A stretch of 64,000 nucleotides of DNA from Prasinococcaceae sp. CCMP 1430 (taxonomy: Eukaryota; Plantae; Prasinodermophyta), in assembly GCA_013416795.1 (NCBI GenBank), contig RQSC01000032.1, positions 786,578 to 850,577 on the forward strand. The letters are read 5' to 3'. Positions 41,741-52,450 of the stretch are shown in pieces. The position numbers were made by a program, and so were the translations under genes. The first letter of the stretch is position 1, and every line of letters starts with the position of its first letter. The notes under the pieces were generated by a model that searched no databases, was not told the DNA's origin, and saw only the letters and a list, made by a program, of their open reading frames with translations.

Positions 41741-44700
41741 ATGCCGTACCGCGAGTACGCGCCCGGCGGGGCGTCCCAGCCGCTGCACTCGCAGTACATG
41801 CCGCCGCCGCCAGCGCAGCAGCCCCGGGGGCAGCCTCCGGCGCCGCCGCCACCGCAGCAGCAGCAGCCGCCACTCGCTCACCCGCTGCACGCGCCGCCGG
41901 GGCTGGGGCGCGCGCGCGCGCCGCAGCCGCAGACCCGAGGCGGCGGCCCGCACTCAAGCGGCGGGTCGTCGGTGTCGTACCCGATGCCGCCCCAACAGCA
42001 CAACTCCGCACTGGGGCAGCGCCAGCACCACTCCGGCGGCCACCCGGGGGCGGCGGTGACCACCGCAGGCGGCGGCGGTCCGCCGCAGCCGCAGCCGCAC
42101 GCGGGCGGCAGCTTCACGCGCGTGTCCGCCGGAGGTCAGGGCGGACTGGGCTCGTCGCTGGCGCTCCAGGAGGCCAAGCGGCTCAACGGCGAGCTGGTGC
42201 GCGCGCCGACCGTCGACCACCTCTTCTACCTCATCGACCAGCGCGTGAGCGATTTCTCGCACATCAACAGCTCGACGGCCCTGCATCGGCTGGCGCGCCT
42301 GTCCAAGCAGGAGGGGCTGTTCACGCTCGAGGAGATGGTGATGGGACCGATGGGCCAGGCGCGCGCGTGGGCCTTCGAGAGGCTCATGGCCTCCATAGAG
42401 TCGCACCTGATCGAGTTCAACACGCAGTCCCTGGCCAACATCCTGTGGGGCATGGCGTCGCTCTCCTACCACCCCGGTGACCTGTTGGACCTCATGGCGG
42501 TGGAGGCTTTGAAGCGCATACGCTCTTTCAACCCACAGGAGCTCGCCAACACGGTGTGGGCGCTCGCGAAGCTCTCGCGCTTCGCGCGCTTCACTCACCA
42601 GCAGCAGCAGCTGGTGGACGCCATCGCAGTCGAGTGCAGGCGCAAGTTGGACGCGTACAATCCGCAAAACCTAGTCAACACAGTGTGGGCGTACGCCACC
42701 CTCGCGAGGCACCCCGGCGACGCGATGCTGCAGGCGGTCGTCGAGAACAGCCACGCCAAGATCCAGGACTTCAATCCACAGAACATCAGCAACCTGCTGT
42801 GGGCGCTCGCGACGCTTCACTACTACCCCGGGGACGCGCTGCTCGAGGCCGTGCAGGAGGAGGCCATGTGGAAGCTGCGCGACTTCAACAGCCAAAACCT
42901 CGCGAACACCCTCTGGGCATTCGCGTCGCTCGGCCATCACCCAGGGCGGCTGGCGGACGCCATTGCGGCCGCGGCCGAGTCCAAGCTGCACAGCTTCACC
43001 TCGCAAGGTCTGTCAAACCTGCTGTGGGCCTTCGCCGCGCTGGGCCACCACCCGGGCACCCACATCGTCGAGTGCATCTCGGTCGAAGCCGAGCGCCAGC
43101 TGTACCACTTCAGCAGCCAGGAGCTCTCCAACACGTGCTTCGCGCTCGCAAAGCTGCACATGACGCAGGCGCACCCCGTGTCGCCAAGCGAGCGCCTGCT
43201 AATGCAGGCGATCGCCGCTGAGGCCGAGCGGAAGATCGCCAAATTCAAGCCGCGCGACCTGACCGACCTCCTGTGGGCGTTCGCCACCGAGGAGAACAGC
43301 GGCGAGAGCGACGGCGCGCGGCTCTCGGACAACGCGCTCGAGGTGGCGGCGTCGACGGTGGAGCGCTCCCCGGGGCAGTTCTCACCCGGAAACCTCGCTG
43401 TGGCCCTTTGGTCGCTCGCAGCGCTCGGCCACCGGCCGCGCGGGCCGGGCCTCTGCGAGGCGGCCGCCGCGGAGGCGCGCAGGCGCGCGGGCGAGCTCAA
43501 GGGCACCGATCTCGCCAACCTGTTGCTTTCCTTCACCGCCTTCGAGGAGCCTGCCCTCGGTGCGCAGGCTTTGAGTGCCATCCAGCGCGGCGCCGACGTC
43601 TCCTCGCTGGTGGCCGAGCTGCCGGGTACCTTGATCTGCCAGGTGACCGCTGCTGCCGCCGACCTTGTGGAGGCCTCCGTAGAGGGCGACGCACCCACGC
43701 AGCTGTGGGAGGAGATGTACGCGATCGACATCGACTCGCTCCTGCAGGGGCTGGCCGAGGAGCTCATCGAGCGTTTCCGCGCGCAGCTGTCGCGCGCGCA
43801 GCGCGGCGGCACGGCGGCGCGGCAGCAGCAGCCATTGGAGGCGCCTGCGGAGGACGATGTCCCGCTGTCAATGGCCGCCTTGGCGTCGCTGGGTCTCGGC
43901 AGGATGATCAGGGACCGCGCGCGCGACAGGGCCAGGAAGAAGAAGGCCGCAACCACCACCGAGTTAGGCGCCCCGGCTCCCGCAGAGGCAACCAACGACG
44001 ACGGCGGCGCCGTCAAGCTCGCAACGGATGCCCTCAACGTGGCGGCCGACGTGCTGGCGGCCTCGCCTGCAGACCTTCCGCTGCATCCGCGCGCGACCGT
44101 CGAGGCCCTGTCGGCGTTCGCCGCCTCGGGTGTGCCGATGCGCCCAAGGACGGCGCAAACGATCCTACAGGCTGCGACGCGTGCCGTGCCCGCGATGACG
44201 GCCGGCGACCTGGCGGAGCTCATCGATGGCGTCGTGCGCATGGGTGTGCATGGCGGCAACCTCAAGGACACTGCCACGCAGCTGATCGACGCCGCGGGTG
44301 TGGGCATGTGCGCCGCGGTGCAGCAGGGCGATGAGCTGCGCCCTGCGGCGGCGGCGACGGCGCTGCGCGCCATCGCGCTCTCCGGGCGCCACCTGGGCCC
44401 GGGCCTGGCCATCGTGGCCGCGACTGCCGCGCTGTACGCACACAGCGAGCTCTCGGAGGGTAAGGTTCTCGACGCGTGCTGGGGTGCGGCCGTCCTCGGC
44501 GCGGGCAAATGCCCCGAGCGCCGCATGCTCCTCGCCGAGGTCGTCGTCGCCTCCTGCGGGCGCCTCTGCGGGCGCGAGGGCCAGAATGCGTCGACGGCGG
44601 TGCGAGCCGCGTGGGCGGCCGCGTGCCTGGCCGTGCGAGCTGCCGATGTTGGCGCCGACACAAGCGCCGACGATAGCGCGCCGCAGGCGCGGCAGCTCTC

Positions 44701-47419
44701 CGACGGTGTCATCGACGACCTGGGTAGCATGTGGGCGGCCCTGCGCGGGGTCGACCCAATGGAGCTCGCAAATGAGGAACTCGAGCTGCTTTTCGAGCTC
44801 AGGATGGCCATGGAAGCGCTCGGGATCGCGGACGCCTTCCCCTCGGGTGCTAATACGTCGCTGATCGCCGCCGCGGCGGACGCATACGCCGAAGCGGAGC
44901 GCGAGCGGTGCAAGGGGCTGGAGGCCACCGCGCGTGCCGTCGCGGCGGCTCTGAATAGTAGCACGGACGCATCCACCACTACATGCGATGTGGTCGTCCT
45001 GGCAGAGCCTGAGGCCGACAGACTGACGATAGACGCGCCTCCAGAGGCCACGCGTCTGAACGGCGCGCACGCGGACGCTGGGGAGAAGCACCTCGAGCGC
45101 TCGGACTGGCTTTTCGAGGGCCTGTCGGAGGATCCCAAGGGTGACGCCGTCGCGCTCGAATCGCTCGAACCAGAGAAGGAGCAACGCAGAAGTGCGAAGC
45201 AGACGGCGCAGCAAGAGGCGGCAAAGACGGTCGCCTCGGCGGCAAAAGCGCCGCCGGCCGAAGCACCACCCAGGGACGGGGTGAGCGAACGCACCAATTC
45301 CGTTTCCGGTGACGATCATGCTGTCGCACTGCCTGCGCAAGACCAGCAGCCGCCGACCGAGGACAGCGCACGAAAGTGCGCCGAGCAAGGGGGTGCGCCC
45401 AGATGCCACCCTGCGCCGCCCCACGCGACGTACGTGGGCACGCGCGCGCCACCGCTTATCGCGGTCGCACTAAAGGATGGCACGCTCGCCATGGCCGTCG
45501 AGGACGACACTCTGTGGGCCCTCAACGCCGACGTGGCCATGGGACGCGCGGCAATGCGTCACGGGCTCGCCGCAGCGGCCCTCGCGCGCGGTGACTGGGC
45601 GGGCAGGCGCGTCGTGTGGGTCCGCGAGGGCGCACTGAAGCAACAGCTTGCGGAGTCGAGCGACGGCAATGCTCTGGCGGACTTCGTCGAGCGACTGGCC
45701 GACCAGGGATTCGGCAGCACTGCGGACGAGCTCGAAACCGGCACAGGGGAAGGTTTGGAGGCTGCCACGCAGCAACTACGGCGCCTGGCAGGAGGTGGAT
45801 TCATCGGCCCGCCTGCTTCGGCGGTAGCAGCAGGGGGGCGCGAGCTGATTGCGCCGGGGAGCTCGCCGCTCGACGTGAGTGGGGCTCAGTACCCGTTCGG
45901 CTACGGCACCACCACAGACGCGTCGCAGAACCGGCATTCTACACCCCCCTCTCCGACGCCGTCATCCAAGGCCACCGGTAGCCCCGAGCTGTCGGTTGGC
46001 GCGGCACCTTTTCAGCCCGCCTCCCGCAGGTCTCCTCCGGGTGCAGGGTTCGCGAGCTCACCGGGAGGTTGGCAGCAGGAGCCCTCGCCGCGTGAAGGCG
46101 GGGCCGCAGGCTTTTCGTCGTCGTACCAATCAGAGGAGAGCTATGGCCTCGGCATGATGTCATCTGCAGGCATCGCGCAGCAGAGAGGCGCGGGCGCGTT
46201 CCTCTCCAGCGTGCCCGCGCCGAGGTATTACGACGACGACAGCACGGGCGCCGGCTCGCACGTGGCACGAGTTGGTGGTCAGGGGCTGCCCTCCGCGTCC
46301 AGCGCGGCCGAGCAGCTGGGTGTCCCCGCTGGCTTGTTGGCGTCGTCCCCGGGGGCGTCAGGGTACGACCTGGGGGCTGCTAGAGGTCAGTACTACGGCG
46401 GAGGCAGCGGCAGCGGCATGATGCGCGCGGCGAGTACCGGCGGCTCGTCGTCCTTCGGCGGCGTCGGCAGCGTCAGGCCGGCGATGGGCGGCGCGTCCTC
46501 GCAGATGGGGCGCTTTGCAAACATGCGCCCCAGCCTCAGCCAGGCTCCTCGTGCCGCAGAGCACGGCGCCGCCGTTTCCTCCTCGGAGGTCGAGGTGGCT
46601 CAACTTGGCTCCCGCTTCGCCGGCATGTCCACGCGCCAGCAGCAGTACTCATTCCCCGAGTTTCGCGAGTCTAGCGGCAGTGGTGGCACCATCAGCTTCA
46701 CCGCGCCGGGCGAGTGGACGTCCTCGTCTGGGGTCACGGGGCCGCGCGCACAGCAGGAGCGCCCCCTGCAGTCGCGGCAGCGGCAGCAGGCGCAACTCCG
46801 GCAGCAGCAGTCCCAGCATCGGGGCCAGTATGTGCCGTCCCAGACCACTGCTCCCCACTCCGAGTCGGGTTATGAACGAATGCAGCAGGCAGGCTTGAGC
46901 GCAGGGAGGAGCCAGACCCTTCCACCGCTAGGCTATCGCGGCGGCGGCGACTCTCTGCACCAGGCCTCGGCCCGCGCGCAAGAGCGCGACAACAGGACGT
47001 TGTGGGCGGGCGGAGGCAATGGTAGTGGCCGCCCGTATGGCACCGACTGGGGATCCGGAGGCGGCGGCGCCGAGGCCAGTGGGGGAGGGGGCGGCTGGGC
47101 ATCCGCTGGCGGGAGGGGAGGTCACCGTTCGTCGCAGCCGCCGCCGATGACAAGCTTTCTTCCGGCCACCTTGCTGTCTGAGCCCGATGTGGTCGGCGGA
47201 CGGAGCGAGCCGGCGCCTGCTGCTGCATCGTCCAGTGCGGCGCCAACGTCTGCCGCTCCACAGCTGCTCTTCGGCGGCGGCCTCTTCTCTGGCAGCAGCT
47301 CCTCGGGGCGGAGCGGCGGGGGAAGCACCACCAACCCCGCGAGCTTCTTTCCATCTCAATCATCATCTTCTTCCTCGCAGCAGCAGCAGCAGCAGCAGTC
47401 TACCTACGGGCAGTTCTAG
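41741..47419 (+). CDS. Octotricopeptide-repeat (OPR)/RAP-like helical repeat protein with long low-complexity termini
   Basis: About 10 repeats of 37-38 aa, e.g. FNPQELANTVWALAKL and FNPQNISNLLWALATLHYYPG; degenerate RAP-like segment near RRVVWVRE; 1892 aa open frame. Confidence 0.85.
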   Translation: MPYREYAPGGASQPLHSQYMPPPPAQQPRGQPPAPPPPQQQQPPLAHPLHAPPGLGRARAPQPQTRGGGPHSSGGSSVSYPMPPQQHNSALGQRQHHSGGHPGAAVTTAGGGGPPQPQPHAGGSFTRVSAGGQGGLGSSLALQEAKRLNGELVRAPTVDHLFYLIDQRVSDFSHINSSTALHRLARLSKQEGLFTLEEMVMGPMGQARAWAFERLMASIESHLIEFNTQSLANILWGMASLSYHPGDLLDLMAVEALKRIRSFNPQELANTVWALAKLSRFARFTHQQQQLVDAIAVECRRKLDAYNPQNLVNTVWAYATLARHPGDAMLQAVVENSHAKIQDFNPQNISNLLWALATLHYYPGDALLEAVQEEAMWKLRDFNSQNLANTLWAFASLGHHPGRLADAIAAAAESKLHSFTSQGLSNLLWAFAALGHHPGTHIVECISVEAERQLYHFSSQELSNTCFALAKLHMTQAHPVSPSERLLMQAIAAEAERKIAKFKPRDLTDLLWAFATEENSGESDGARLSDNALEVAASTVERSPGQFSPGNLAVALWSLAALGHRPRGPGLCEAAAAEARRRAGELKGTDLANLLLSFTAFEEPALGAQALSAIQRGADVSSLVAELPGTLICQVTAAAADLVEASVEGDAPTQLWEEMYAIDIDSLLQGLAEELIERFRAQLSRAQRGGTAARQQQPLEAPAEDDVPLSMAALASLGLGRMIRDRARDRARKKKAATTTELGAPAPAEATNDDGGAVKLATDALNVAADVLAASPADLPLHPRATVEALSAFAASGVPMRPRTAQTILQAATRAVPAMTAGDLAELIDGVVRMGVHGGNLKDTATQLIDAAGVGMCAAVQQGDELRPAAAATALRAIALSGRHLGPGLAIVAATAALYAHSELSEGKVLDACWGAAVLGAGKCPERRMLLAEVVVASCGRLCGREGQNASTAVRAAWAAACLAVRAADVGADTSADDSAPQARQLSDGVIDDLGSMWAALRGVDPMELANEELELLFELRMAMEALGIADAFPSGANTSLIAAAADAYAEAERERCKGLEATARAVAAALNSSTDASTTTCDVVVLAEPEADRLTIDAPPEATRLNGAHADAGEKHLERSDWLFEGLSEDPKGDAVALESLEPEKEQRRSAKQTAQQEAAKTVASAAKAPPAEAPPRDGVSERTNSVSGDDHAVALPAQDQQPPTEDSARKCAEQGGAPRCHPAPPHATYVGTRAPPLIAVALKDGTLAMAVEDDTLWALNADVAMGRAAMRHGLAAAALARGDWAGRRVVWVREGALKQQLAESSDGNALADFVERLADQGFGSTADELETGTGEGLEAATQQLRRLAGGGFIGPPASAVAAGGRELIAPGSSPLDVSGAQYPFGYGTTTDASQNRHSTPPSPTPSSKATGSPELSVGAAPFQPASRRSPPGAGFASSPGGWQQEPSPREGGAAGFSSSYQSEESYGLGMMSSAGIAQQRGAGAFLSSVPAPRYYDDDSTGAGSHVARVGGQGLPSASSAAEQLGVPAGLLASSPGASGYDLGAARGQYYGGGSGSGMMRAASTGGSSSFGGVGSVRPAMGGASSQMGRFANMRPSLSQAPRAAEHGAAVSSSEVEVAQLGSRFAGMSTRQQQYSFPEFRESSGSGGTISFTAPGEWTSSSGVTGPRAQQERPLQSRQRQQAQLRQQQSQHRGQYVPSQTTAPHSESGYERMQQAGLSAGRSQTLPPLGYRGGGDSLHQASARAQERDNRTLWAGGGNGSGRPYGTDWGSGGGGAEASGGGGGWASAGGRGGHRSSQPPPMTSFLPATLLSEPDVVGGRSEPAPAAASSSAAPTSAAPQLLFGGGLFSGSSSSGRSGGGSTTNPASFFPSQSSSSSSQQQQQQQSTYGQF

Positions 47420-47870
47420 AGCTCGGCAGTGTGCGCGCGGCACTACTGGCGGCGCACGCGCCATCGCAGAACACGCTTCAGCCGGCGTACGACGGCGCCG
47501 CTCCCCGTCGCCCTTGCTGCCGCCACGAACCATCAATGAAGGCTGTGCCCTCGGTGGCGGCGCACATGAGGCACACGCGACTTCTTCAGAATCATGCACG
47601 CGACGACAACGAGTGTTGGCTTCGACTATGAGGCCGCCGAACACGCATACACGCAGCGGCGGCACACCGACAGAGCGCCTTCCTCGGACACACCACCCCC
47701 CTCACGAACACCTAACACGACCGATCGACATCCACAAAGCCCCTTTCCCTGAACGAACTACGTGAGACATGCAATGAACTCTTCTTGATGTATGTGTAAG
47801 ATCCCTAGAGAAATGGACAGACTCAAAGCAGGTGCCTTTTTATGTAAATTGCGTGGCGTCCGCTCACTCG

Positions 47871-49145
47871 TCAGTCGCCGCCGCCGCCGTTGGCAGCGGC
47901 GGTGCAGGCGGCTATGATTTCCGCCTTGGAGGCGTTGGCTGCAAGCGTCACCGCCGGAACGATGCTCCTGCTGTCAAGCTGTGACTCCTCCTTAGCGGCC
48001 TCCTTGGCAGTCTGCATGTCCTCGAACGCGCCGTACTTGCCCCAGCATTTGGCGTGACCGCCGATTGCGGCTTCGAGCGCCGGCCCCGTGTCCTCGCCCT
48101 CGATGTCCACCTCGATGAGCGGCCGACCGTAGCGTGCCGCCAGCTCGCGCACGCGATCCGCATGCGCGTCCATATAGTCCACAAGGGCGGCCTGCAGCTC
48201 GTTGCGCTCAAGCCGCCAGGCACCGCGGGCGTCGGCACGGGAGACCGCTGCGCTATGAGCGCTGTCGAAGGCAGGCGCATCCTGCGTGCACATGCGTAGA
48301 CGCGTGAGCATACCGCCGCGCCAGTTGCGGGCGCTCTCGACCCAGTGCTCAGCAGGCCGACGGTTCAGCACGAACGTCGCCGTCGGGTAGTCGAGCATCA
48401 GGCGCTCGAGGTGCGAGCTCTGCGGCAAGAAGCAGTCGGGCGGAGTGGGCAAGTCGAAGCCGGCGTAGGCCTGGTGCGGTGGAATGCAGTCGAAGAGCGG
48501 GCGACCCGCCCGTGCACAGGCATGCGTGGCCATTCCCGCGTGCCCGCGGCCGTTCTTCTCTCCGTACACGCTGAAGACTAGCTCGGCCAGGGCCTGGTCG
48601 GTGCCGTTACGCACCTCCTCGAGCCAGGTGCTGGCGCCCACTCCCGAGTAGGCGCTCGACAGGCCAGAGCATCTGAAGTAGCGGTGGAGTGATGCGGTGC
48701 CACTCTTGGGCATGCCCACCACTATCAGCGGTAACGAAACCTTAATGGTGTGGGCGGGGGAGGGCTCCTCCTCCTTCATGTCGGCGGCAAGTGCCGTCGA
48801 CGTGTCATTGGCAAGCTCGTTCGCGGCTGGCGCCGTCTCGTTCGCCGCCGCCTTGCCGTTGTCCTCGCTGGTGGCGTTCACGGTGCTGCCCATGTGGCCG
48901 CTTGGTGCGATCCCGCTGGCATTGCTAGGGGCGAGCGCTGCCTCGGGCTCCTTGTCCGGCACGAAGTTGTAGGTGCGCACGGTGTTAGAGTAGCTAGAGG
49001 TGTAGTTCGTCCCCCTCAGCGGCGGGCCGGAAGTCCGACCTTTCATGTGCGTCCATGGCACTGCGTCCACCGCGACGCGGCCGGCGGGCGCCATCGCCAT
49101 CGCCACCACCACCGCGGCGGCCGTCACGAGGGCGCCCTTCCCCAT
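47871..49145 (-). CDS. Secreted or type II sulfotransferase-domain (P-loop) protein
   Basis: N-terminal hydrophobic anchor; LIVVGMPKSGTASLHRYF (5'-PSB-like loop); DYPTATFVLNRRPAEHWVES. Confidence 0.7.
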   Translation of the reverse strand: MGKGALVTAAAVVVAMAMAPAGRVAVDAVPWTHMKGRTSGPPLRGTNYTSSYSNTVRTYNFVPDKEPEAALAPSNASGIAPSGHMGSTVNATSEDNGKAAANETAPAANELANDTSTALAADMKEEEPSPAHTIKVSLPLIVVGMPKSGTASLHRYFRCSGLSSAYSGVGASTWLEEVRNGTDQALAELVFSVYGEKNGRGHAGMATHACARAGRPLFDCIPPHQAYAGFDLPTPPDCFLPQSSHLERLMLDYPTATFVLNRRPAEHWVESARNWRGGMLTRLRMCTQDAPAFDSAHSAAVSRADARGAWRLERNELQAALVDYMDAHADRVRELAARYGRPLIEVDIEGEDTGPALEAAIGGHAKCWGKYGAFEDMQTAKEAAKEESQLDSRSIVPAVTLAANASKAEIIAACTAAANGGGGD

Positions 49146-49722
49146 CGCGCGGGCTGCCCGGCGCCTGTGAGGTAATCGCCACGCGCCCGCCCGCCCGCTC
49201 GCCACTTGCACCACGCCGCACGACGCTCACGATCCGACGCTCCCGCTCGCTCGGGTCGGACGGGCGCGCGCACCGCGCCGACTGGAAGTAGCTGCGCTCC
49301 ACCGAGCCCTCGCCGACGCCCCCTCCCCCGCCCTTCCAGTTCGAGCCAGAGGAGCGCGCTTTCTCCCGCGCCCGCCGCGCCGCGGAGGACGTGTGGCGGC
49401 GGCGGCTGCGCCCGCTCGCCCGCCACCCCCCTTCGGGCGCGCGCCCCCGCGGCGCGCTGTCTCATCATCAGCGCACTCAGCGGCGCCCGCGCGCGCGCGC
49501 GTTCAATGAGCGCAAATCAATTGAAATCATTCACTTTAAACCCAAACACAAATCACTAAACCTAAACCAAAAACAATTATCGAAATGAATATCTTTCGCA
49601 TCGCATAGAAACCCTGAAAGGCACGCAGAGGCGTGGCGGCGGCGCGTGAAGCGTGCAATGAGCTGCTGCCGCGGCGCAAGGCATTGAATGATCATGAGGG
49701 AATGCTGACCTGGCGCTCATCA

Positions 49723-49942
49723 GTGTGTGTGTGCGTGCGTGTGTGCGTGCGCGTGTGTGTGTGCGTGCGTGCGTGCGTGCGCGCGCGCGTGTGTGTGTGT
49801 GTGCGTGTGTGTGTGTGTGTGTGTTTTCGTGTGTGTGTGTGTGTTTTCGTGTGTGTGTGTGTGTGTGTGCATGTGTGTGTGTGTGTGTGTGTGCATGTGC
49901 ATGTGTGCATGTGCATGTGTGTGTGTGTGTGTGTGTGTGTGT
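49723..49942. repeat. (GT)n/(GC)n compound microsatellite
   Basis: Directly visible, about 220 nt. Confidence 0.95.
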
Positions 49943-50044
49943 CTGCGTGTACGCTCGTGCGCACGCAGCACGCGCCTGAGCTGCACACGGCGCCCCTCCC
50001 CCCGCCCCCCCCGTAGCGCGAGTGCGATACTGTACACACTAGTC

Positions 50045-51384
50045 TTACAGCGCCTCGCCGTAGGCGTGGGGCACGTGCCTCGACCCCAGCTTGAACGGGT
50101 TGAAGATGTCCTCGGGGTCCAGCGCGGCCTTGATGGCGCGCATCGCCTCGACGGCGACCGCGCCCGTCTCGGACTCGAGGTGCTTGAGCTTGCCGCAGCC
50201 GAGGCCGTGCTCGCCGGTGACGGTCCCGCCCAGCGCGATCGCGCGGGCGACCAGGCGCGCGTTGGCCGCCTCGACGCGCGCGACGTCCGCGGCGTCCTCG
50301 CGGTCGACCAGGAGGATGAAGTGGGCGTTGCCATCCGTGGCGTGCGCCATGAGCGGCGCGCTGATGCCGCTTTCCTCCAGCTCCTTCGCCGTCTCGCCCA
50401 CGTACTCGGCGAGGCGCGAGATGGGCACGCACGCGTCCGTCGGCCAGCCGACCTTGCCCGGCGCGGCCGCGAGCGCGGCCCAGTATGCCGTGTGCCGCGC
50501 GTGCCACAGCGCGCGCCGCTCGGCCGCGTCGACCGCGAAGGCGAAGCCGCCGCCGCCGCAGGCCTCGATGAGCTCGCGGGCGCCCGTCGCGAGCCGCGCG
50601 ACGGCGTCGTCGTCCTCGCCCTGCCACTCCAGAAAGAGGCTGGCGGGCGCTTCGTCGTACGCGGTGTGCGAGTACGCATTGACCGCCGCGACGGCGCGCG
50701 CGTCCAGCAGCTCACAGCGCGCGAGCGGGGCGCCGCTCTGCGCGAGCGCCGCCGCCACGCCGCCGCCGCGTCGCACGCGTCGGCGAGCGAGGCGAAGCTG
50801 GCGCGAGCGGCCGCCTCGGCGGCGGGGCGCGGTCGCAGGCGCAGCGTGAGCTCGGTGATGAGCCCCAGCGTCCCCTCGCTGCCGACGAGCAAGGACTTGA
50901 GGTCGAGCCCTGCGCTCGACTTGCGCGCGAGGCCGCCGGTGCGCAAAATTTCACCCGAGGGGAGCACGGCCTCGAGGCCAAGCACGTTCTCGCGCATCGT
51001 GCCGTGGGCGAACGCCGTCGTGCCGCTCGCGCGCGTGGCAGCCATGCCACCGACGGAGGCGTCGGCGCCTGGGTCGACGCTGAAGTGCAGCCCCGTGTCG
51101 CGAAGGTGGTCGTTGAGCGCGCGTCGGCGCACGCCGGCCTGGGCGACGCACGCCATGTCCTCGGCGCACACGTCGACCACGGCGTCGAGCGCGCTCGTGT
51201 CGATGCTGAGGCCACCTGCGAGCGCGTGCACGTGACCCTCGAGGCTCGTCCCCGCGCCGAAGGGCACCACCGGCACGCGCAGCGCACGCGCCACGCGCAC
51301 CGCCTCCGCAGCCTGGGCGGTCGACGCGGGGGTCGCCACGACGTGCGGTGCGTGCCGCCGCCGCGAGGCGTCCGCCCCCGCCAT
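50045..51384 (-). CDS. FAD-linked D-lactate dehydrogenase (DLD1-like), with an apparent frameshift near 50760-50775; true start probably further upstream
   Basis: PFGAGTSLEGH, DPGADASVGGMAATRASGT, KSSAGLDLKSLLVGSEGTLGLITELTLRL in one frame; DACVPISRL, DGNAH, GEHGLGCGK, KAALDPEDIFNPFK in the next. Confidence 0.85.
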
Positions 51385-52308
51385 GGCGGCGGACGCGCAA
51401 GCGCGGCGACCGCCGGGCGTGCCCGCGCAGCGCACGGCGGAGCTCCCGTGCTCGCGCGAGCTCCTCCTCAGGGTGGCTGTGTACGTTGCGCGTGTGCCCA
51501 CAGCAACCCGCCGCCGGTGCGGCTGCTGGCGGAGCCGCTGCGCCCGCCCGCGGCTCTGCCCTGGCGTCCGCCGCCCCGTTCGCAGCAGCCGACGCCACGA
51601 TTGCGGGAGGCGGCTACGCGCATGCAGCAGTGGCTGAGTGCCCCGCGGCTGACTCGCGCCGTCTCCTTCGCGCGTGTCCCCGTTCCTCCATCGCCCCCGC
51701 GTGGCGCCCATGTAGCGAGCCATCAGAGTTGGCGCCGGCCACAGCCGCCGAGCTCGAGGCGCTCGCGGAGCTGGCAATGCTGGCCGCGTACGGCACGCTG
51801 GGCGCCACGCGCAGGTGTGCGCTTCGGGCGCTGCGCGCAGACACGCTAGCCGTCAGCGTGCCCCCGAGCAGCAGGCGCGGCGCGGAGCCCCGCTGCGGCA
51901 GCGGCAGCGGCCGAGCGGTGCGCCCACACGAGGCGCACAACGCCGCCATTGCCGCGCTCACCGCGTATGGCGGCGAGCGCGGCGGCGCCGCTGTGCGCGT
52001 GCGCGTCGAGCGCACCGCTGCATTTGCCGTGGCGCTGCCATCGCTCGCACACGCTGATGAAGCGTGCTGGGGATGAGGCGGGCGCGCGCGTGCGGCGGTG
52101 GACGGCGGGCAATAATACAAGATCGTGGACATGTACGGCTCTGTCTCCTCCCTCGGGCGCGCGCCCTGCGGTGCGCGGCTGCGTGCGCATCGCGCGGCGG
52201 TCACGACAATAGCAATGCCAAGGTGTTTACTGCCTACACGCAGCCGGCACACAGACTGACAGAATGGCATGTCCCTGCATGCTCCGGGGAAAAAGTGTGC
52301 GTGTGTGT

Positions 52309-52414
52309 CTACTTGCCAATGTTGTCCACGAGCGTGTCCACGACCGACGGGTCCGCCAGAGTCGAGGTGTCGCCCAGCTGGTCGAGCTCGTTTGAGGCAA
52401 TCTTGCGCAGCACG

Positions 52415-52450
<36 letters not shown>

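Noticed and set aside
51348-52076. 242 aa + strand ORF between DLD and ACS as a separate gene
   Set aside because: No recognisable motif, and it overlaps the likely DLD 5' region.
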